A DNA stretch of 63,207 nt, the filler included, from Stramenopiles sp. TOSAG23-3 (lineage: Eukaryota): assembly GCA_900128585.1 (NCBI GenBank). It is 5 parts of 5 records of this genome, joined end to end, with 100 filler letters (N's around TTAATTAATTAA, not from the genome) between each part and the next. Parts side by side here need not be neighbours in the genome. Positions count along the whole stretch, not along the records: positions 61,232 to 63,207 come from LT645190.1; 4 more parts are not named here. The stretch is one strand, 5' to 3'. The notes beneath the pieces are model-generated. The model was not told the origin of the DNA and made no database searches. It worked only from the letters and a program-made list of their open reading frames with translations. Positions 61,132-63,207 of the stretch are shown here, piece by piece (position 1 is the stretch's first letter; every line of letters starts with the position of its first letter). The translations under genes were made by a program, and so were the position numbers.

Positions 61132-61231
61132 NNNNNNNNNNNNNNNNNNNNNNNNNNNNNNNNNNNNNNNNNNNNTTAATTAATTAANNNNNNNNNNNNN
61201 NNNNNNNNNNNNNNNNNNNNNNNNNNNNNNN
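61132..61231. other. Artificial contig linker
   Basis: N44-TTAATTAATTAA-N44. Confidence 0.95.
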
Positions 61232-62197
61232 GTTAAACGAATTTCACCGTTCTTTTCCAACTTACAAAAAAAATTCACAAAAAAATCCAACTTACGAGAG
61301 GTGTAGGAGGGGGAGCAGTATCGGGAACGGTGCAACCGTCCTGTATTCGAATGGTGGATGGGTCGACATTCAGTTGTATTCCAAAAAATAAAAACTATCT
61401 TCGTAACTCCTACGGTAACTGCAAACGACTTCTCGCTTGCTTTTTCTTTCGACAATTTTCCAATACTATACTATAGCATGAAGGACTGAAAGCCTGTCTG
61501 CCAATATATGAGCACTTGACATTTACATAGTGTTAAGGTATTTAATAAATATAAATAAAATGAGGCGTAAATGATGTAATGGTATTGATATTATAAATAG
61601 TTGTATAACTGAAAACCGAGAGCCTGAAAATAATTATTAACTGATGGTGTGGATATAATAATACTATACCTCCTATGTTAAATATAAATATTAAGGTCAA
61701 CATATTATGTTGAATATTATATATTGTTTTTTTTTGAAAAAAGTTGTTAGACTATTTTTTTTTTTAATCTCTTCTTCGGCTCTTCTTTTATACATGTTAT
61801 AGACCTATATAGATAATATCCAATATATATAGACACAACAGGAGGGATTTCGCAACTGATTCGTTGCGTTTTGGTTGTTGTATTTAATATGAGTACCGGT
61901 ACAATAATATGGGGTCGTCATATAGCGTGTAGTATGAGATATATTAATAAATAATAAAATAATATGTGATTGATGAGAAGAAGAAGAAGAATTTTTCATC
62001 AACAAACAATATATATATAATAATAAAAATGCGTTTTCATATATATCTTCACGCAAGCGCTGTTTCCGACATCAGTGATTGATGTAAACGCTTGGAAAGA
62101 TATTTTATTGAAAGCCGCCTGGGAAGAAGATAGCATATTTCGTGTTAAAGAATACACATCAGCTTGTAGGAACCCTGGCAATGCTCATTTGAGAAAC

Positions 62198-62584
62198 ATG
62201 GTCGAAATAGGGGATAATCTGACGAGACTTCATGCGGGGCTATTTTCTAGTTACTTCGTCATAACAATGATTACGATTGTGTTTTTCTTTTTCAAAACAT
62301 TTTACCTCTGGCTTAAAAAAATCCTCCAGTACCCGACGAAGCACATCTTGGCGGATAGCGCAAACATCAAAGCGACCTGTGTGGACAAAGAAAAAGAATC
62401 ATTTGACCCAATAGCAGAGGCACAATATATCCTACAGAAAATGAACCAAGAGCCCGATGCTAGCGACGATTTTGGTTTGGATGCGAAGCACAAGAAGAAA
62501 ATTACAGACCGGCAGTGGGAAAAGAAACTTTTGAAACGCATTGGGACGAAAGAAGAAAATGCAGACACAGACTTTCACTTTTGA
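62198..62584 (+). CDS. Small single-TM hypothetical protein
   Basis: Raised GC; TM helix YFVITMITIVFFFF then charged tail; start uncertain (frame open from 62075). Confidence 0.45.
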   Translation: MVEIGDNLTRLHAGLFSSYFVITMITIVFFFFKTFYLWLKKILQYPTKHILADSANIKATCVDKEKESFDPIAEAQYILQKMNQEPDASDDFGLDAKHKKKITDRQWEKKLLKRIGTKEENADTDFHF

Positions 62585-63122
62585 TATTTTGCGAGGGCGC
62601 AGATGTGTAAGCAGTTCCCACGGGACACACTACCTAAAAATTGATTTATCATATATCATATGATATCAAAAAGAACATACTATATTCAAATTTGTATAGT
62701 ATGTCCTTTAATTATTTTATATAGTATGCTTAAAGGCTCTCAATTTATTTTTATATTATGCTTAAAGACTCATCTCTGCTCCTGAGATTTTACTAATCAA
62801 TATACCCTTGCCACTAAGTCTTGACTATCATTCTCATGTGTATAATTTTTTTTTCCTTCATTCTCATGTGTACTCCAAGGTGCTCGCCACAAGAAAGGAA
62901 TTGTCATTTGTGAATTGAGGTGTCGGGAGAGGGTCGTTTTAGATCGGTGTGCGTAATCGGCGTTTGTGGGTTCTGTTGTGATGGTGAAGATTCGGTAACC
63001 CCCCCTAATATTCAGTTTTAAAAAACCAAAATGTGCCTTAAAATAAAATTTTAATTTAAAAAGGAGAGGAGATATTTGTTCTTGAACTGACACCTTCTTT
63101 TATCTTTTTATCAAAAAAAAAC

Positions 63123-63182
63123 AAATTTTATAGTATGTTTTAAGACTCTCATTTTAAATCAATTACTACTATTTCAGTTCCA
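63123..63182 (+). repeat. Dispersed ~60-nt element (copy 2)
   Basis: Near-identical to 45901-45961. Confidence 0.8.
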
Positions 63183-63207
63183 ACCCTAATCCTATCTTGA
63201 TGTTTTA

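Overview
Eukaryotic nuclear DNA, most likely from a flagellated protist (stramenopile/SAR-like is an inference from gene content: voltage-sensor adenylyl cyclase, UDP-sugar pyrophosphorylase, vasohibin, JHY-like and GRF-calpain genes). The window is five contigs joined by artificial 100-nt N44-TTAATTAATTAA-N44 linkers, so adjacency across the linkers cannot be trusted. About 27 GC-rich, almost intron-free genes sit in very AT-rich, microsatellite-laden spacers. Clearly recognisable genes: NudC, vasohibin, USP, WRAP53/TCAB1, a K2P channel, an ion-channel-type adenylyl cyclase, an animal-type transglutaminase, a calpain, a heparinase II/III-like lyase and a FAM173-like methyltransferase. Most interesting: (1) a calpain carrying a SIM-like motif, NLS, GRF zinc finger and PIP box, a candidate replication-coupled DNA-protein-crosslink protease; (2) a 20-nt element ACAAGAAAATTGGCTGTTAT found five times, four of them in the sense orientation 30-86 nt after stop codons; (3) a histone-H1-like tail fused to a multipass membrane domain, with a divergently transcribed tail-less paralogue; (4) several unusual domain fusions (receptor-like U-box, EF-hand inside a K2P channel, coactosin-SH3BGR, UAP56-binding motif plus dsRBD). 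No rRNA, tRNA, CRISPR or transposase was recognised. All family calls come from motif recognition by eye, not database searches.
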